A stretch of DNA of 64,000 nucleotides from Macrostomum lignano (GCA_002269645.1 NIVC01000010.1:310001-374000); one strand, 5' to 3'. Numbered from the stretch's first letter, positions 25,521 through 48,811 are shown. Program-made: numbers and translations. Notes: a model not told the origin generated them from the sequence alone.

Positions 25521-27191
25521 AGAAAGAGTGACACAGGGTGTGACTGACAGAGTTAAGGCAGCGAGAGAAGGCTGAGTGCCTGGAGTTAACTATTTTTTGT
25601 CTCTTTTAGGCAAATTTATTATCAAAAACTCGTTGAAGATGCTCGTAACTCTTAAAAAATTTTCATTGTGACGAATCACATATTCTTCTGATTTCATGCT
25701 CGCCGTTTTTCTCAATATTATTTATTCAACGATTATTTAAAAGAAATTTTAACCGTTACTTGTTGAGTCATCTTTTTCTATTCAGTTTCGCACACAATAA
25801 TATTTATTATCAATTAAGATAAGCGAACCTCTGTTTTGCAGCCAGTGTCTATTTTTGTTTCAATTCTATACAAAAATCTACGCAATAACCAGTCCAGTTT
25901 AAAATCACTTCAATCGTCGCTGATGCAGCTGAGGTCGCTATATTTCCTAGAAAAATGCGATTTAAAGTGGAATTATAACAAACTGCCTTTTGTGATTAAA
26001 TTCCGATTTCTACGAGCCTACACCTAATTCCTAAATATTAATTGTTCAGACCATATATTCCTCGTAGATTAACTAGATGGGCCTCTCAGCAAATTTGCGT
26101 GCAAGCTACTTTCAGTTCAGTAGTTGGTTAAACTGAGGCATTGTAATGTATTTTTTAAAGACAAGGCTCATTTATTGGCTTATTCCCCCAAGCTTAGCCC
26201 TCAAACTCCACACAGAACCTCCACCCGGCCCCGCTACCCAACTTTTATTACCTTCCTTAGTTATTCCAGCCTAAAGCTGCCATGTACACTTCAGCGGCCA
26301 ATGTACATTTATGCCTGAACCAATTAGCAAGCTGGTTTACGCCTGCAAGCTTGGGCTTCTAAAATTATCAAGTCAGCTGCCTTTATTTTATAAAATAGCT
26401 TCTGTATTCTTCTTTGCAATATACGCCTGAGTGGGCCATCTTGTTTTTTAGAATCTGTGGTTCAGACCCACCTTCTACTGTTCAACTGCACCTATTTAAA
26501 ATAGTTTTTTTCTAGAAGTTTTCTGCTTTAATTTTTTTTCAAAAATATACAAATCGATTCATAATACTTACAGTAGCTGAACTCTGGAAAACTTTAATAT
26601 GAATTGTTTATTTTAAAAAGTACAGTGGCGATTAAGCAGAATTCGGTGGCGCGGTTGGCTCATGCAGTCTAATTATAGAAACTGAGCGTCGGTCGAGCGC
26701 ACTTGCTGCAGCTTCAATCGAACCTGCGCTGATTTAATAAATAAACTCTACTCTTTTTAACGGTGTGGCATCAAAGACGATTTGAGAAAGAAAATTGACA
26801 AAAAATCTGGCCGAGGCTTGACAGCTGACAGCTAGACTGACCAAACAGTTGTATGCTTAGTTAACTTGTTATGCATTGCCGCCCACTTTCTGTCTCTGCC
26901 ACCAAATTTCATGCTTTCCATTGAGACTGCTGGTTGCAGCGGCGCTGCAAGATGTGCTGCCTCAATACTAGCTCGTACTCTGCTATCAATACTTTGCCAG
27001 GGTAAGAAGTGACTGCTGAATGCAGCTGCGAATTTCTTGAGGCCGAGCTGACCAATGACAGTTTGAAGTGGCCATGCATTGTTCCTGCCGCCTGCTGCTG
27101 TCTGCCGCTGCACACTCTCTGCGTTTCCGACACTGCAGTCGCCTCGGGAAGGCTTTTTTGAGACCGTTCTCTATAAGCATATCTGTTTGTG

Positions 27192-29544
<2,353 letters not shown>

Positions 29545-29558
29545 TGCACTATTGCACT

Positions 29559-30556
29559 ACTCTTTTGCACTACTTGAGTAGTCTGATTTTCGAACGGCAG
29601 GCTGGTTCCAGCAGGTAGTTCCTCTGGATAAAAGCGCTTACCGCGCCCATTGGCTTTCCAGCTGCCTTAATCGTTTCCGGTGATCTTGTGTGCGTGCATT
29701 CAGCTTGATTGGCTGCGGCAAGCAAGCTCGAAAGAGCTCGCTTCGCTCGCTCTTTCTCGCTATCTACCATCTATTGCCAGGACCTGCACCGGAGCGGTTA
29801 CGAAAATTAGATTTCTCGGTAGTTGCTCGCACTCTTTTGCACTACTTGAGTAGTCTGATTTTCGAACGGCAGGCTGGTTCCAGCAGGTAGTTCCTCTGGA
29901 TAAAAGCGCTTACCGCGCCCATTGGCTTTCCAGCTGCCTTAATCGTTTCCGGTGATCTTGTGTGCGTGCATTCAGCTTGATTGGCTGCGGCAAGCAAGCT
30001 CGAAAGAGCTCGCTTCGCTCGCTCTTTCTCGCTATCTACCATCTATTGCCAGGACCTGCACCGGAGCGGTTACGAAAATTAGATTTCTCGGTAGTTGCTC
30101 GCACTCTTTTGCACTACTTGAGTAGTCTGATTTTCGAACGGCAGGCTGGTTCCAGCAGGTAGTTCCTCTGGATAAAAGCGCTTACCGCGCCCATTGGCTT
30201 TCCAGCTGCCTTAATCGTTTCCGGTGATCTTGTGTGCGTGCATTCAGCTTGATCAACTCGCTTCGCTCGCTCTTTCTCGCTATCTACCATCTATTGCCAG
30301 GACCTGCACCGGAGCGGTTACGAAAATTAGATTTCTCGGTAGTTGCTCGCACTCTTTTGCACTACTTGAGTAGTCTGATTTTCGAACGGCAGGCTGGTTC
30401 CAGCAGGTAGTTCCTCTGGATAAAAGCGCTTACCGCGCCCATTGGCTTTCCAGCTGCCTTAATCGTTTCCGGTGATCTTGTGTGCGTGCATTCAGCTTGA
30501 TTGGCTGCGGCAAGCAAGCTCGAAAGAGCTCGCTTCGCTCGCTCTTTCTCGCTATC
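29559..30556. repeat. 272-bp unit in about 3.7 tandem copies, between two (TATC)n tracts
   Basis: ACTCTTTTGCACTAC starts at 29559, 29831, 30103 and 30351; the third unit carries a 24-bp deletion. Each unit ends GAGCTCGCTTCGCTCGCTCTTTCTCGC-TATCTA. Confidence 0.93.
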
Positions 30557-30558
30557 TA

Positions 30559-30598
<40 letters not shown>

Positions 30599-30599
30599 A

Positions 30600-30644
<45 letters not shown>

Positions 30645-30701
30645 GTCTATCTATTTATTTATCTATCTATCTATCTATCTATGTATCTATCTATCTATCT
30701 A

Positions 30702-30734
<33 letters not shown>

Positions 30735-30743
30735 ATATCCATA

Positions 30744-30779
<36 letters not shown>

Positions 30780-30815
30780 CATCTATCTGTCTATCTATTT
30801 ATTTATCTATCTATC
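30556..30815. repeat. Degenerate (TATC)n tract
   Basis: Imperfect tetranucleotide run. Confidence 0.9.
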
Positions 30816-31717
30816 TTACACTAAGATGGAGTGTCTATTTGTGTCGAACATGATAAGTATCTCTTAAGAAAGCGACAGTAGCAGTCAGGAAATCCCCTGG
30901 GGGAGACAGTGAGCTAGCAAGGCAAACTCTAGGTGGAAAATGAGACTTTGATGACGGAAGCTGGATGAGAAGTTGATCGAGACCTACAAAAATCGAAATT
31001 GAAAAGCCTGGCGAAGGCGGCGCATTCGTGTGATTGCATTTCTTCGGAGAGTGCACTCAGCAGTGAGGCAGTATGCTAACCGCATTTAGCCACACTGAAG
31101 GCGCTTTCTTGCCACCCCGACCTCGCAGTTGTTGAAATATTTGAAAGCTGCATGGAAGCTGGATTTTCTTATGCTGCATAATTAAAACCTTATCTCATCC
31201 ATTAGCTGCCACTGGAATGCAAGAAAGACGTCCCACTACTAGCAAAATTCTTTAAGCTTTACTTGGGCAGAGCTGCAGACCAAGTGGACACGCTGCTATT
31301 ATTCTACAGAACTTGTTGCTTATCTCTGTGCACAATGAACCAATTTTGTGTTTTTGAGTAGCTGGAATTGTATAATTTATTCTGTCCCAATTGTAGTTTC
31401 GATGCTGCACGAGTCTGCAGCAGCATAGGCTCAGTTTTACAAGCCTTGCAACAATAACCTCTAGCTGTTCCTGTGAGTCCAACTCGCGTTAGTTATAAAC
31501 TGGAAATGCATCATTTGTGCCAGCCAATCCTACTGGCGCCTCATCTTTTTTTTATTCTCTAGATGAGAGGCCAACCAAAGCCAGACTTGAGAGAACTTAA
31601 AAAGCACTGAAGCAAGTGCAACGCAAGTGACCTAGAAAGTAGGTTGTTCCACAATAACAACAGCATACTCTAATTTGCTTTAACGTGAAAAAATTTTAAA
31701 GCTTTAATCTGGATAAA

Positions 31718-38396
<6,679 letters not shown>

Positions 38397-39566
38397 TCGC
38401 TATTAGACAGCAGCGAGTTGATTGGTTCGAACTCAGGAGAATTAATTCGATACTAAAAATAATCATTCATTATTTGCTTATTGCTTATTTTGTACGATTA
38501 CTGACACATCTTAGCGCTTTTATAGCATAATTGAGTCCTAGCAATTCGATTAGATATAAAATTTTTATATTAGGAAAAGATATCATAATCTTTGAATTAT
38601 AGGATTAACAGTTACCTATGAAAAAGTCTCCCTAGCTCGCTGATTTAGGAGGCCGGAGTCGTTGGTTCGATTGAGCGTGCGGTGTATGTGATAACTCCTG
38701 TGTGTCTGCAGTGTGCATGTCAACCTTGATCTGCAAACTTAGTAAATTATCTTGCCAATATGCTATTTTAAAGCCCTCAATTATTTTGAGCACTAACTTT
38801 CTCATCCCGATTGACTGCACTGTAAAGAACTTTTACCCAGACACAATGACAAGTCAAAGGGGCCGGGGCCATTATTACACCATTCAGAGATTCAATACCG
38901 GCAGATTTTTTAAACTGATAAGAGCAGTGCACTGCTATCATTTTATAAAACTAAACTAATTAGATATTTATGACTAAGTTATATTATCCCAGTGGGAAAT
39001 TCTGGTACGCCCAAGGGTGCGCAGACCGCGGCGCCCGGTGGCCTGTGGCCGGTAGCGGGGCGCACTCTTTGTCCAGTCGGGGCGCCGGCCTTATACCCGG
39101 CGCCCGGTGGACTGCCCAATAAATTAAGGCAAGAATTGGTTTACTCTACTAACAGTAGTATGCATGGCTTTTATTGATATATTTTGCTCTGGCAGCAGCC
39201 TAGCTTTCTGGTTGTTTCAAAATTGAATTTATTTCCAAATAATTTTCAGAGCTATCTGATTTTTTTAAGCAATTGTCTCTTCCATTATAAATTTAAACAA
39301 CCTTGCTGCTACCTGCTTACGAAGTTTGCCTTTTGTAAATTTTTTTGCAGTTCTTTAGAAAATTAGTTTGAGTCTATGAATGAAATCGAATAAGAAACTT
39401 AAATGTAATGAAATTTGAATTTATTTAGCGAAGTTAAATGGAACTGATATTAAAACACAATATTAGAACGAAAAATAGTTAAGTTTTTGGCAACAAAGGT
39501 GTTGAAAGAATGTCAGTTTTAAAATCATTTTGACAGCATTTACTCGTAAAATACGTGCTCTCATAA

Positions 39567-42500
39567 TTAGAAGATTTTAAATTGTCCATCATCCAGCTCT
39601 CGCTGATCTTCGGACCAGTTTGATCCACTTGATTCGGTTTCGTCATCAGATTCGAGAGAGCAGTCAGTGCGGTAGTTGGTTTTTGACTTTGCTGAACGGG
39701 GGCGATGGTTGTTCCGCTTTCGAGGCTGAGAATCCAACTGAATACTCGCTCGCTTTCTGGATTGGGAGCTCGGCTTTGCTGTCGCCGCTGGCGGCACTTC
39801 TCCCGCTGATAGTCGCGATGGTGTCTGTGACGTTGGAAAGAAAACAAAAAATTACTGCATGCACATTTTATCTTACTGATAGTAGTATTTAATGCTTAGC
39901 AATCATAGTATTCATCGTTCATTATTCAGTTTAGATACGTTTTTACTCACTAGGGAAAAAGAAGATGAATGGCTGTGTCTTTGCACGGCGCTGCCAGAAG
40001 CGGGACTTTGAGTCGCTGCCACCAAAGACCGTCTTTGCACGGCGCTGCCAGAAGCGGGACTTTGAGTCGCTGCCACCAGAGATCGTCTTTGCACAGCGCT
40101 GCCAGAAGCGGGACTTTGAGTCGCTGCCACCAAAGACCGTCTTTGCACGGCGCTGCCAGAAGCGGGGCTTGGAGTCGCTGCCACCAGAGACTGTCTTTGT
40201 ACGGCGCTGCCAGAAGCGGGGCTTGGAGTCGCTGCCACCAGAGACTGTCTTTGTACGGCGCTGCCAGAAGCGGGGCTTGGAGTCGCTGCCACCAGAGACT
40301 GTCTTTGTACGGCGCTGCCAGAAGCGGGACTTTGAGTCGCTGCCACCAGAGACTGTCTTTGTACGGCGCTGCCAGAAGCGGGGCTTGGAGTCGCTGCCAC
40401 CAGAGACTGTCTTTGTACGGCGCTGCCAGAAGCGGGGCTTGGAGTCGCTGCCACCAGAGACTGTCTTTGTACGGCGCTGCCAGAAGCGGGGCTTTGAGTC
40501 GCTGCCACCAAAGACCGTCTTTGTACGGCGCTGCCAGAAGCGGGGCTTGGAGTCGCTGCCACCAGAGACTGTCTTTGTACGGCGCTGCCAGAAGCGGGAC
40601 TTTGAGTCGCTGCCACCAGAGACTGTCTTTGTACGGCGCTGCCAGAAGCGGGGCTTGGAGTCGCTGCCACCAGAGACTGTCTTTGTACGGCGCTGCCAGA
40701 AGCGGGACTTTGAGTCGCTGCCACCAGAGACTGTCTTTGTACGGCGCTGCCAGAAGCGGGGCTTGGAGTCGCTGCCACCAGAGACTGTCTTTGTACGGCG
40801 CTGTCAGAAGCGGGGCTTTGAGTCTGGACTCCGGAAAGCAGCTGGCTTCCTGTGCGATGCGACCGCCCCTTTAATCGGTCACCGCCATGCTTTAGCTGCT
40901 GTCTGCAAGTATTTCTTACAGATTGTTCAGAGGGCCTGCCGGCTTCAGCGGTCGCGCCATAGATGAATGTGATTGCTTCTGTTAGGAAAAAAGTTGAAAG
41001 TTACTATGAATAGCATGCACTGTGCTCGACTAATTTCTTGATATTTAGCTCTAAAAGTCTCATTGAACGTTGATTAAGTAGACTTACTTTGGAAATGGCT
41101 GAGCAGAGTGCTCTGAAATCCAAGCTGCGCATCAGTAAGGTTGGTCGCAACTCCAGCAGCAACAGCTCGGCTTCGCATGTCTGACCCGATTAAATTAATA
41201 ACCGCCTGCATCTCTTTCGACAAGCTCTCGTTAAGCATTGCCATTAAAGCATCGGACCACTTGTCTCGCTTGCATGAACGTAGCAGGCTCTTCTGTTTAG
41301 ATTTTTACAGGTGAGAATACTTATAGATTATTATTTCAGTGATAGTACTAGTGCGCTTTGAGTAGTAGTTAGAGCATTTCTTCTAATGAAAAGAAAATAA
41401 AAAACTCTGTCATGAACTTACCAAAGTAGAAATATGTTCATTTGGACTGGAAGCGAATTGCACATATTTTTCCCAGGAGTTGATCGGCCAGAATGAAGGC
41501 TCAGAATTATCAGTTGGAATGTCAGCGCCAACAGGTTCCAAAAAGCGTAGCACGCTCTGCACTTCAGTGCGCATTGCGGTGATTTGTTTGGTCAAACTAT
41601 TTTCTAATGCTTTCAATTCATTCTTGCGCATAGTAAGTTCGCGTAGGGCATATAAGGACAGAAACTTGATGCCTCTTGGACTTTCCAGCTCAAAGCTAAC
41701 ACCGGCTTGGATCTGCTCTTCTAGTTTTCTAAGAAAGCCAGAACCAAAATTAAAAGATGAAATGGTGGGAGGCGACTTAGGAATCGTCGATCGATCATCT
41801 GCTACGAACTCAGCTTCTATTTCAGCTTCCGCCTCAGCTTCCACCTCAGCTCCCATCTCAGCTTCCACCTCAGCTTCCGCCTCAGCTTCCGCCTCAGCTC
41901 CCATCTCAGCTTCCACCTCAGCTCCGATCTCAGCTTCCACCTCATCTTCCGCTTCAGCTTCCGCCTCAGCTTCCACTTCAGCTTCCGCCTCAGCTTCCAC
42001 TTCAGCTTCCGCCTCAGCTTCCGCCTCAGCTTCCATATCGGCGTCTACGCCAGCTTCTGCTTCATCATCACTAATAGGAGGCATTGGCGCTAACTGTGCA
42101 ATCGTAGGCGGATGTTGTTTAGGCAGCAAAGCTGGAGGTTGCAAACAGCGGCTGCTCTTATCTTCGAAGATTGCCTCGGAATCGGTGGCTGAGCCGTCTG
42201 ACAGATTCTGTTTGGGATGGTTACGGCATGAGAAATTATCAAGTTAATGTCAGTTTTAAAGATTATTTTCACATTTAATTTCTTCCCTTTTCTTAAAAAA
42301 TAGTTTAAAAGGTAAAACGGAGAAAACAAAGTTCTCGATAAAAATTATATGGGCTGTGCTTAATTTTACCTTAGTCTGGTAATGCCTTCGTGCTTTCTTC
42401 ATGTCACGCTCCTGAAAGACTCTGGGTTGAACCAACTCGAGAATTCGGTTCAGTCGGGTCTTTTTGGCCACCAATTCACGCACAAAGCGGAAGCTCCCAG

Positions 42501-42798
42501 GCTCTAGGTTGTTGCTTAGTATTACCTTTAAATTAATGAGAAAATATGAGCGTACAAATATTAGATCGATTCAAGAATTTTAACATTTCAATCGTTGGGA
42601 TCGGTTGCTTACCTGAATAATTAGAGCAGAGTAAAAACAGCCTTCATACAAGGCTTCACACTTCCACTTCTCAGTGGAGTCCCTCTTTTCTAACCATTCC
42701 TCTTCCTTAAGGTTTTGAAAGCCTTCAGGAAGCTTCACTTCGCTTTCCGAGACCTCAACAATTTGACGGTCGTCTTTAAAGATCACTAAAAACTTCAT
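39567..42798 (-). CDS. Transposon accessory protein with DUF4806/BEN-like domain, coiled coil and two coding tandem repeats; 6 exons, about 872 aa
   Basis: Exons 42798-42613, 42525-42370, 42207-41422, 41292-41088, 40978-39951, 39824-39567; GT-AG introns of 87-162 nt, phases 0/0/0/1/0, 2619 nt open. The segment WPINSWEKY...[22 protein letters not shown]...FQSTLL...AITFIYGA...[22 protein letters not shown] resembles DUF4806/BEN domains of transposon ORF2s. Confidence 0.78.
39972..40825. repeat. 54-bp tandem repeat, about 16 copies, predicted coding ([18 protein letters not shown])n on the minus strand
   Basis: The period equals 18 codons, and the array lies within predicted exon 5 of the accessory gene. 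Confidence 0.92.
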
Positions 42799-43162
42799 TG
42801 TAGCATGCAGACTAGACTATGCTAGTGCAAAACTGAGTACCAAATAAAGCAAGAGTTTGGAGCTCACACTATAGTTTATGCTTATTTAATGATTCAGTGG
42901 TTTAGGTTGCTTCTAGAAGCAATTGTCTTCTATAGTTCTTCGAATGAAAAAGGCCGCCCTGGCTTTTCCAATTTCATTGGCCCTACCGTCCCCGCATCCA
43001 TACCTGTCCAATCAGCGCGCACAAACCCCCAAAGGAATAGTTTTCAATTCTTCCCAGCTTTTGTTCATATCCTTTCTTTAATACGAAATAAGCAATCGTA
43101 GTAATTACTTTATTATTATTACAACAGTCAACTATCATCAAAGTCTGATTCGGACGAAAACA

Positions 43163-45200
43163 ATGACAAGGCAATTGAGGCGACAAGCAAATAAGGATTT
43201 GCTGGGCTTGTTCATGGAAGGAGAACAAGAAGCTTTGGAAGACATCGCACTGCAAGAGAAAAAAAAGTATTCGAAGCAGATGATTCTGGGAGAGTCGCCG
43301 GTGATTCTGCGCCGGTTTCATCGCTTCGGAGTCCTCTGTAGCAGAAGTCAATGAAGGTACGGATCCAGATCTTGACAACGACAATGGCAGCTATCCTGAT
43401 TTTGACGAGTTCGCGCGAGTTTGCAGCGATGAAGATGAGGAGATTGACAAGAAAGAGGATGACCGCTCTTTAGAAGATAAAATATTCGCCTTGCTGGTAG
43501 TCTACTTTTCTTGTTTCAACCTAAGTCGTGGATCTAAAAAATTCCTTGTTGATGGTCTAAGAGACATAGGCTTGCCTGCGCCGAAGTCTGTCAACTCTAT
43601 TGAGGCCGTCATCAATGCTGGCGATCCAACGGAAAAATTGGAGCCCATGGGAAAAGGCCATTTTCGCTACATTTCGATTCTGAAAAATCTAGAACTAATG
43701 TTTCGCAAAAACCAGCTGCACATGAAGCCAGAATATCTACAACACGATAGTGAAACTGAGAAGGTTTACAAAATTGAAGCCATCGTTAATTTTGACGGCT
43801 TGCCTTTGTACCGAGCAAGCCACTTCGGTCTTTGGCCCATACTTATGTCTATTCCCAGCATATTCAGCAGACCTTTTCCAGTAGCCGTATGGGCTGGTTG
43901 TGGCAAGCCACCTCTGAATGATTATCTTCGACAATTTTGCGACGAGGCTAAACGTTTTCTTACGGGTCCAATAAAAATTATCGAAAATTTAAGCATCAGC
44001 TTCTCGACTATCCGATTTGTTTGCGATGCGCCTGCTCGAGCCTGGGTCTCAGTAACTCAAGGGCACATGTCGTACGTCGGTTGCATGTACTGCAGGGCTA
44101 CTGGACCTTATACCGACAACAGAGTAACATTTTCAACGAGCGTCGGGGAGTCTCGTAGCAGCCAACAATACCGAGAGGGAAAGGAGTCTAACCAGGAAAA
44201 TAAAAAAATCGCTCTATCGCCCCTTCTAAATTTGCCTAACATTAGTTTTGTCGATGCTTTTCCCCCTGACTACCAGCATGCCGTATGCCTTGGAGTCACA
44301 AGGAAGCTATTTTACCTATTTTTCGACAAATCTAATGGCAAGAAGTGTCTCGTCTATCCCGGTCCGATGAGCCTATTGGGCGACCGAATTACTATGGCTG
44401 CCGGTTGGACACCTTCAAACTTTCAACGAAGACCCCGGAAAATCGACTTGGAACTGAAGCACATGAAGGCTACTGAATTCAGACAGTACTTGCTGTACCT
44501 AGGACCTGTCCTCTTCAAAGGCATTTTAAATGAAGAAAGGTATAACCACTTTCTTTACCTCCATTTCGCCATTTACGCATACTCCAACGAAAGGTACTCC
44601 AAGTGGTGGACGCAGGCAAAAACTTGCATTGAAGTTTTTGTTGAACGGGCTGCCCACCTTTACGGCCAGAAGTTTATAAGTTTCAATCTTCACACTATTC
44701 TTCATTTGGATGAGTTTGTCCGAAAGCTAGGCAGTTTAAACAACTTTTCGACTTTCCCTTTCGAAAACTTTCTTGGATCTGTAAAGCGCCGCGTAAAGGT
44801 GACAAGGCACATGGCAGCGCATTCAGTTAAGCAGGTGCTCAGAGTTCGCGATCTTCTGTTGAATGAGCAGCGAATTCCACCGTTGAAATTCAGCACAAAG
44901 CGAGGTGATAATTGTTGCATAATCGACAAAGTATGCGTCCTAATCGAAGCTGTAAGTGAAGCTAATCAAGTCACTGGCAGGATTTTACACCCAGTTGACA
45001 ACATCTACGCCAACCCATATCCATCTTTGCGTCTGGGAATCGGCTTGTACAGGATGACATCTGGTGTTCTAACTGGCACACCTGAGCGAAAGTGCTGGAT
45101 TTTGCCTGCGAATCTGCTTGCCAATCTTGCTGGAGCGGACAGGGATCCAGCAAGCCATTTTTTTGTCATTCCTCTGACAGGTGACTCCGAGGAGGCCTGA
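43163..45200 (+). CDS. EnSpm/CACTA-type DDE transposase; core 43491-45200 intact, N-terminus needs two -1 shifts
   Basis: Motifs NFDGLPL...LWPIL, FVCDAPARAW...GH...CMYC, PPDYQHAVCLG, KATEFRQYLLYLGP, FNLHTILHL...LGSL...FSTFPFENFLG. The frame is open back to 43305. An upstream ATG at 43163 can be joined via the A-run near 43260 and a shift near 43316. Confidence 0.92.
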
Positions 45201-45970
45201 TGTAGGACGCGTGAGTCGCAAGTGAGTACTAAAAATATCTTTCTCTGGTTTTTTATATCAATCCGATTTCCTTCTATCTCGATTCTCGTATTCCCTGTAT
45301 TCTGCAATTCTGCAATTTCTTCCTGTATATGTTCTCAGCTTCAACACGCAGACATGATTGTAGATTGTGAGTTAAATATTAGTATATTACGATGCATACT
45401 CGATCGCAACTGCCATTTTATCTTTACTTTTAGGATCCGCAGTTTCACGAGTTTACTACAAGCCTGGCGATCGGTCATTCATGAACTGGAGTTATTTTAG
45501 AGACTGATTATATTGATTCTATCTTTATTGTTTACATTCTTGAACCCTAGAATTAGGTACAGCTTAAAATTCGGTGTTATAGAGGCCGGAGGGGTAATTT
45601 AGCTCAAAACTGTGTAGGAGGGGTGGAGGGGCCGGAAACTTAGTGGGAGGTGATGCCGCTGTATGTGGCTGAAATGGGGGATTTATTTTCTTAAACCCCA
45701 GTATACGAGTATGAAATACTAATGGTATTGTATACAGTATTCCTACCTCCAATTCAAGCCAACAGAATTTTTGTAATATTTTACTTATCCCATTGATAAT
45801 AATCAACTAGCTGCACAACTGTAATTTCCATCTGTTACCATCTGGTTTTACTTTTAAGCACATATAAAATGCTATGAATATTTTCTTTCTTTTGCTGGCA
45901 CCTATTTTAGGTCAGATCGAATCAATACTTTCCGTATCAAAGTATTTATGTGTTTATGCTAGGTTGTAAC

Positions 45971-46002
<32 letters not shown>

Positions 46003-47086
46003 GTTCAGACCTTGTCAAGCCTCGCACGAAATTCGTCTTTGTTCTTCCTTTATCTTTGGTGCAATATGGGAATAGAAAAAACTTGATGACCTGCACTGAT
46101 AAGGAGTCAGGACAGTTTGTTTGTTTCGCATAGGTTCGCTTAAGCAGGCAAGAACGGTACAACGTAGAAATTCCCATATCACTTCTCTAGCCTTTCTTCT
46201 AACCCCCCCCCACCCAACTGAAATGAATTGGCCAAAATTAGCTGTCACCTCTAGGTTAAAATAATTCCTTGCATTGCCCTGTCATTACGGGTTATTGCCA
46301 CTGGCCAGGAAATTCAAAACATTTTTCTAAGAGCAACTCAAAATGAGTAAGCTTTATACAGGCTATAATTGATGAGAGATTTCTGTTAATGAGAGATAAA
46401 GCCCACACGGGTTTTATTGATGTCGGGTTGTAAAAGACGATCGCAAATAGAGAACAATATAGCGAGAATATTCAAGCTGGCGGACGTGCGCCGAGCTATA
46501 ATTTTCTGTTAACTCGGGGATTCAGTAAGACTAGAATAATTGAGTGGCAAAAACTGTCATGAGAACGCAAAGGCACTTTGAAACCTTTATGATTCAGTGG
46601 ATTTATTCATCCGGAAAAATGACAAGGCGGGGGTTAGATTGTTATTTATTCATGACCTGTCCCATTTGAGCTCTGACCGCCTCTGAATATGAAAACTGAG
46701 AAAATATCTATGTCTATGTATCCCTCCTTATCAAAATGTGACTGAGTGACTGTGCCCTACTCGTAATCGGGGAGATAAATGAAGGGGAGACAGGGGAGAC
46801 AGTCTCCTATCTCCAATCTCCCATGTCTCTTATTTGCCATTATGCAGTTAACTGGGCCCGTCATGCATAGCCTACTGCAGGCTGCAGGGGTCAGCAAACT
46901 CCAGCCCACGGGCCACATGCGGCCCGCAGTCTCTCTATCCAGCCCTCGGGTCCTTTCTAACTTCCCATGCCAATAACAATCCAGCCCGCTCAAGGTTTGC
47001 ATCTCTTCTCAGCTTTTTTGCTAATTTCTTCTCCTTTTCTCATCAAAATCTCCCCTCTCTCCTCCTTTCCCCTCTTTCCTTGCTCC

Positions 47087-47274
47087 CAGTGGCGCAACCA
47101 GGGGGGGGCGGGGGGGGGCGGTCCCCCCCCCCTTAGGCGGAGACCCAGAAAAAATTGAAGGGGGACCAAGCGAATTTTCGCCAAAAACAGAGCCTCCCCT
47201 CCGCCCCCTCCCTCACGGGACTTTACCTTCCAGAATCCGCCCCCCCCCTCAAAAAATTTCTGGTTGCCCTACTG
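47087..47274. mobile_element. hAT-type MITE, 188 bp
   Basis: Imperfect 15-bp TIRs CAGTGGCGCAACCAG / CTGGTTGCCCTACTG and an exact 8-bp TSD CTTGCTCC (47079-47086, 47275-47282). Confidence 0.82.
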
Positions 47275-48157
47275 CTTGCTCCCTTCCTCTGACATCTCTC
47301 CTTTCGCCTCTCTCCTCTCTCCCTTTATCTCCCTTCTTTCTCTCATCTCGCCTCTCTCCTCTCTTCCCTCCTCTCACATCTCACATCTCTCCCCTCTCCC
47401 CTCCACTCTCCTCCTTCTGGCCCGCAGTCTTGAGCTAGATTCTCTATCTGGCACTTAAAGTAAAATAGTTAGCCAATCCCTCGCAAGGAATTTCGATCAT
47501 TACAATGAGCAAAAGTTGACATTAACAAAATTTTGGCGGGCGCGTTGTGCCAAGCCTGAACAGCTTCTCTAGACAGCACTCTGTGCTCTCCAGAATTACT
47601 TGAACTGTTAGCAGTGGCGCAAGCAGAATTTCTTATGTGGGGGGGGGGCGGATTCTGAAGGGTAAAGACCCAAGGGGGGCGGAGGGGTGGCTCTGTATTT
47701 TGGCAAAAATGCGCTTGGTCCCCCTTTAATACAGCTTGGCAAACCTGATTGATTTTCCGGGATTTCCCCTGTCCTAGTTGTATTTCTCTAAAATTCTGGA
47801 AGATAAATCGAGATTCTAGATAATAGCTGCATCTAAGATTAGTTTGTTTTGCTATCGCATTGTACCGTACAATTAATTATTGAAAATTTTAAACCTTTGC
47901 TGGCATACGCATATGTTATCTTTGACCTTACCTGTTGTTTAATAGGTAAATTATTACTGTATGGAGGTACATGTAGATATAGGCATTTTGACTGTCAACT
48001 GTCCACCCCATACAAGCATACGGCTTTCAAATAATTATGCAACCTTGTGCAAGGGTATGCCGCCTACTTACATGTAAAACTTTGAAATGAGTATTTATTT
48101 ACGCCACTATCCAAGGGGGGGGGGCGCGGCCGCGGGAGACCGACAGCGGAGACCGCC

Positions 48158-48811
48158 ACAATTTGCCCGCCAGACAATTTGCCCGCCAGACAATTTGCCC
48201 GCCAGACAATTTGCCCGCCAGACAATTTGCCCGCCAGACAATTTGCCCGCCAGACAATTTGCCCGCCAGACAATTTGCCCGCCAGACAATTTGCCCGCCA
48301 GACAATTTGCCCGCCAGACAATTTGCCCGCCAGACAATTTGCCCGCCAGACAATTTGCCCGCCAGACAATTTGCCCGCCAGACAATTTGCCCGCCAGACA
48401 ATTTGCCCGCCAGACAATTTGCCCGCCAGACAATTTGCCCGCCAGACAATTTGCCCGCCAGACAATTTGCCCGCCAGACAATTTGCCCGCCAGACAATTT
48501 GCCCGCCAGACAATTTGCCCGCCAGACAATTTGCCCGCCAGACAATTTGCCCGCCAGACAATTTGCCCGCCAGACAATTTGCCCGCCAGACAATTTGCCC
48601 GCCAGACAATTTGCCCGCCAGACAATTTGCCCGCCAGACAATTTGCCCGCCAGACAATTTGCCCGCCAGACAATTTGCCCGCCAGACAATTTGCCCGCCA
48701 GACAATTTGCCCGCCAGACAATTTGCCCGCCAGACAATTTGCCCGCCAGACAATTTGCCCGCCAGACAATTTGCCCGCCAGACAATTTGCCCGCCAGACA
48801 ATTTGCCCGCC
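48158..48811. repeat. Perfect 16-bp minisatellite (ACAATTTGCCCGCCAG)n, about 41 copies
   Basis: Identical units; the overlapping ORFs on both strands are artefacts. Confidence 0.97.

Noticed and set aside
26911-27001. Possible upstream TFAP2 coding exon ending at strong donor AGG|GTAAGA
   Set aside because: The available ATGs give phase 1 or 2, incompatible with the phase-0 acceptor at 31832. It could still be a UTR exon, but I have no support.
45975-46250. Possible 3' LINE remnant with (TA)n tail on the minus strand
   Set aside because: The similarity (PYQCRSSSFF) is too short and weak to support a call.
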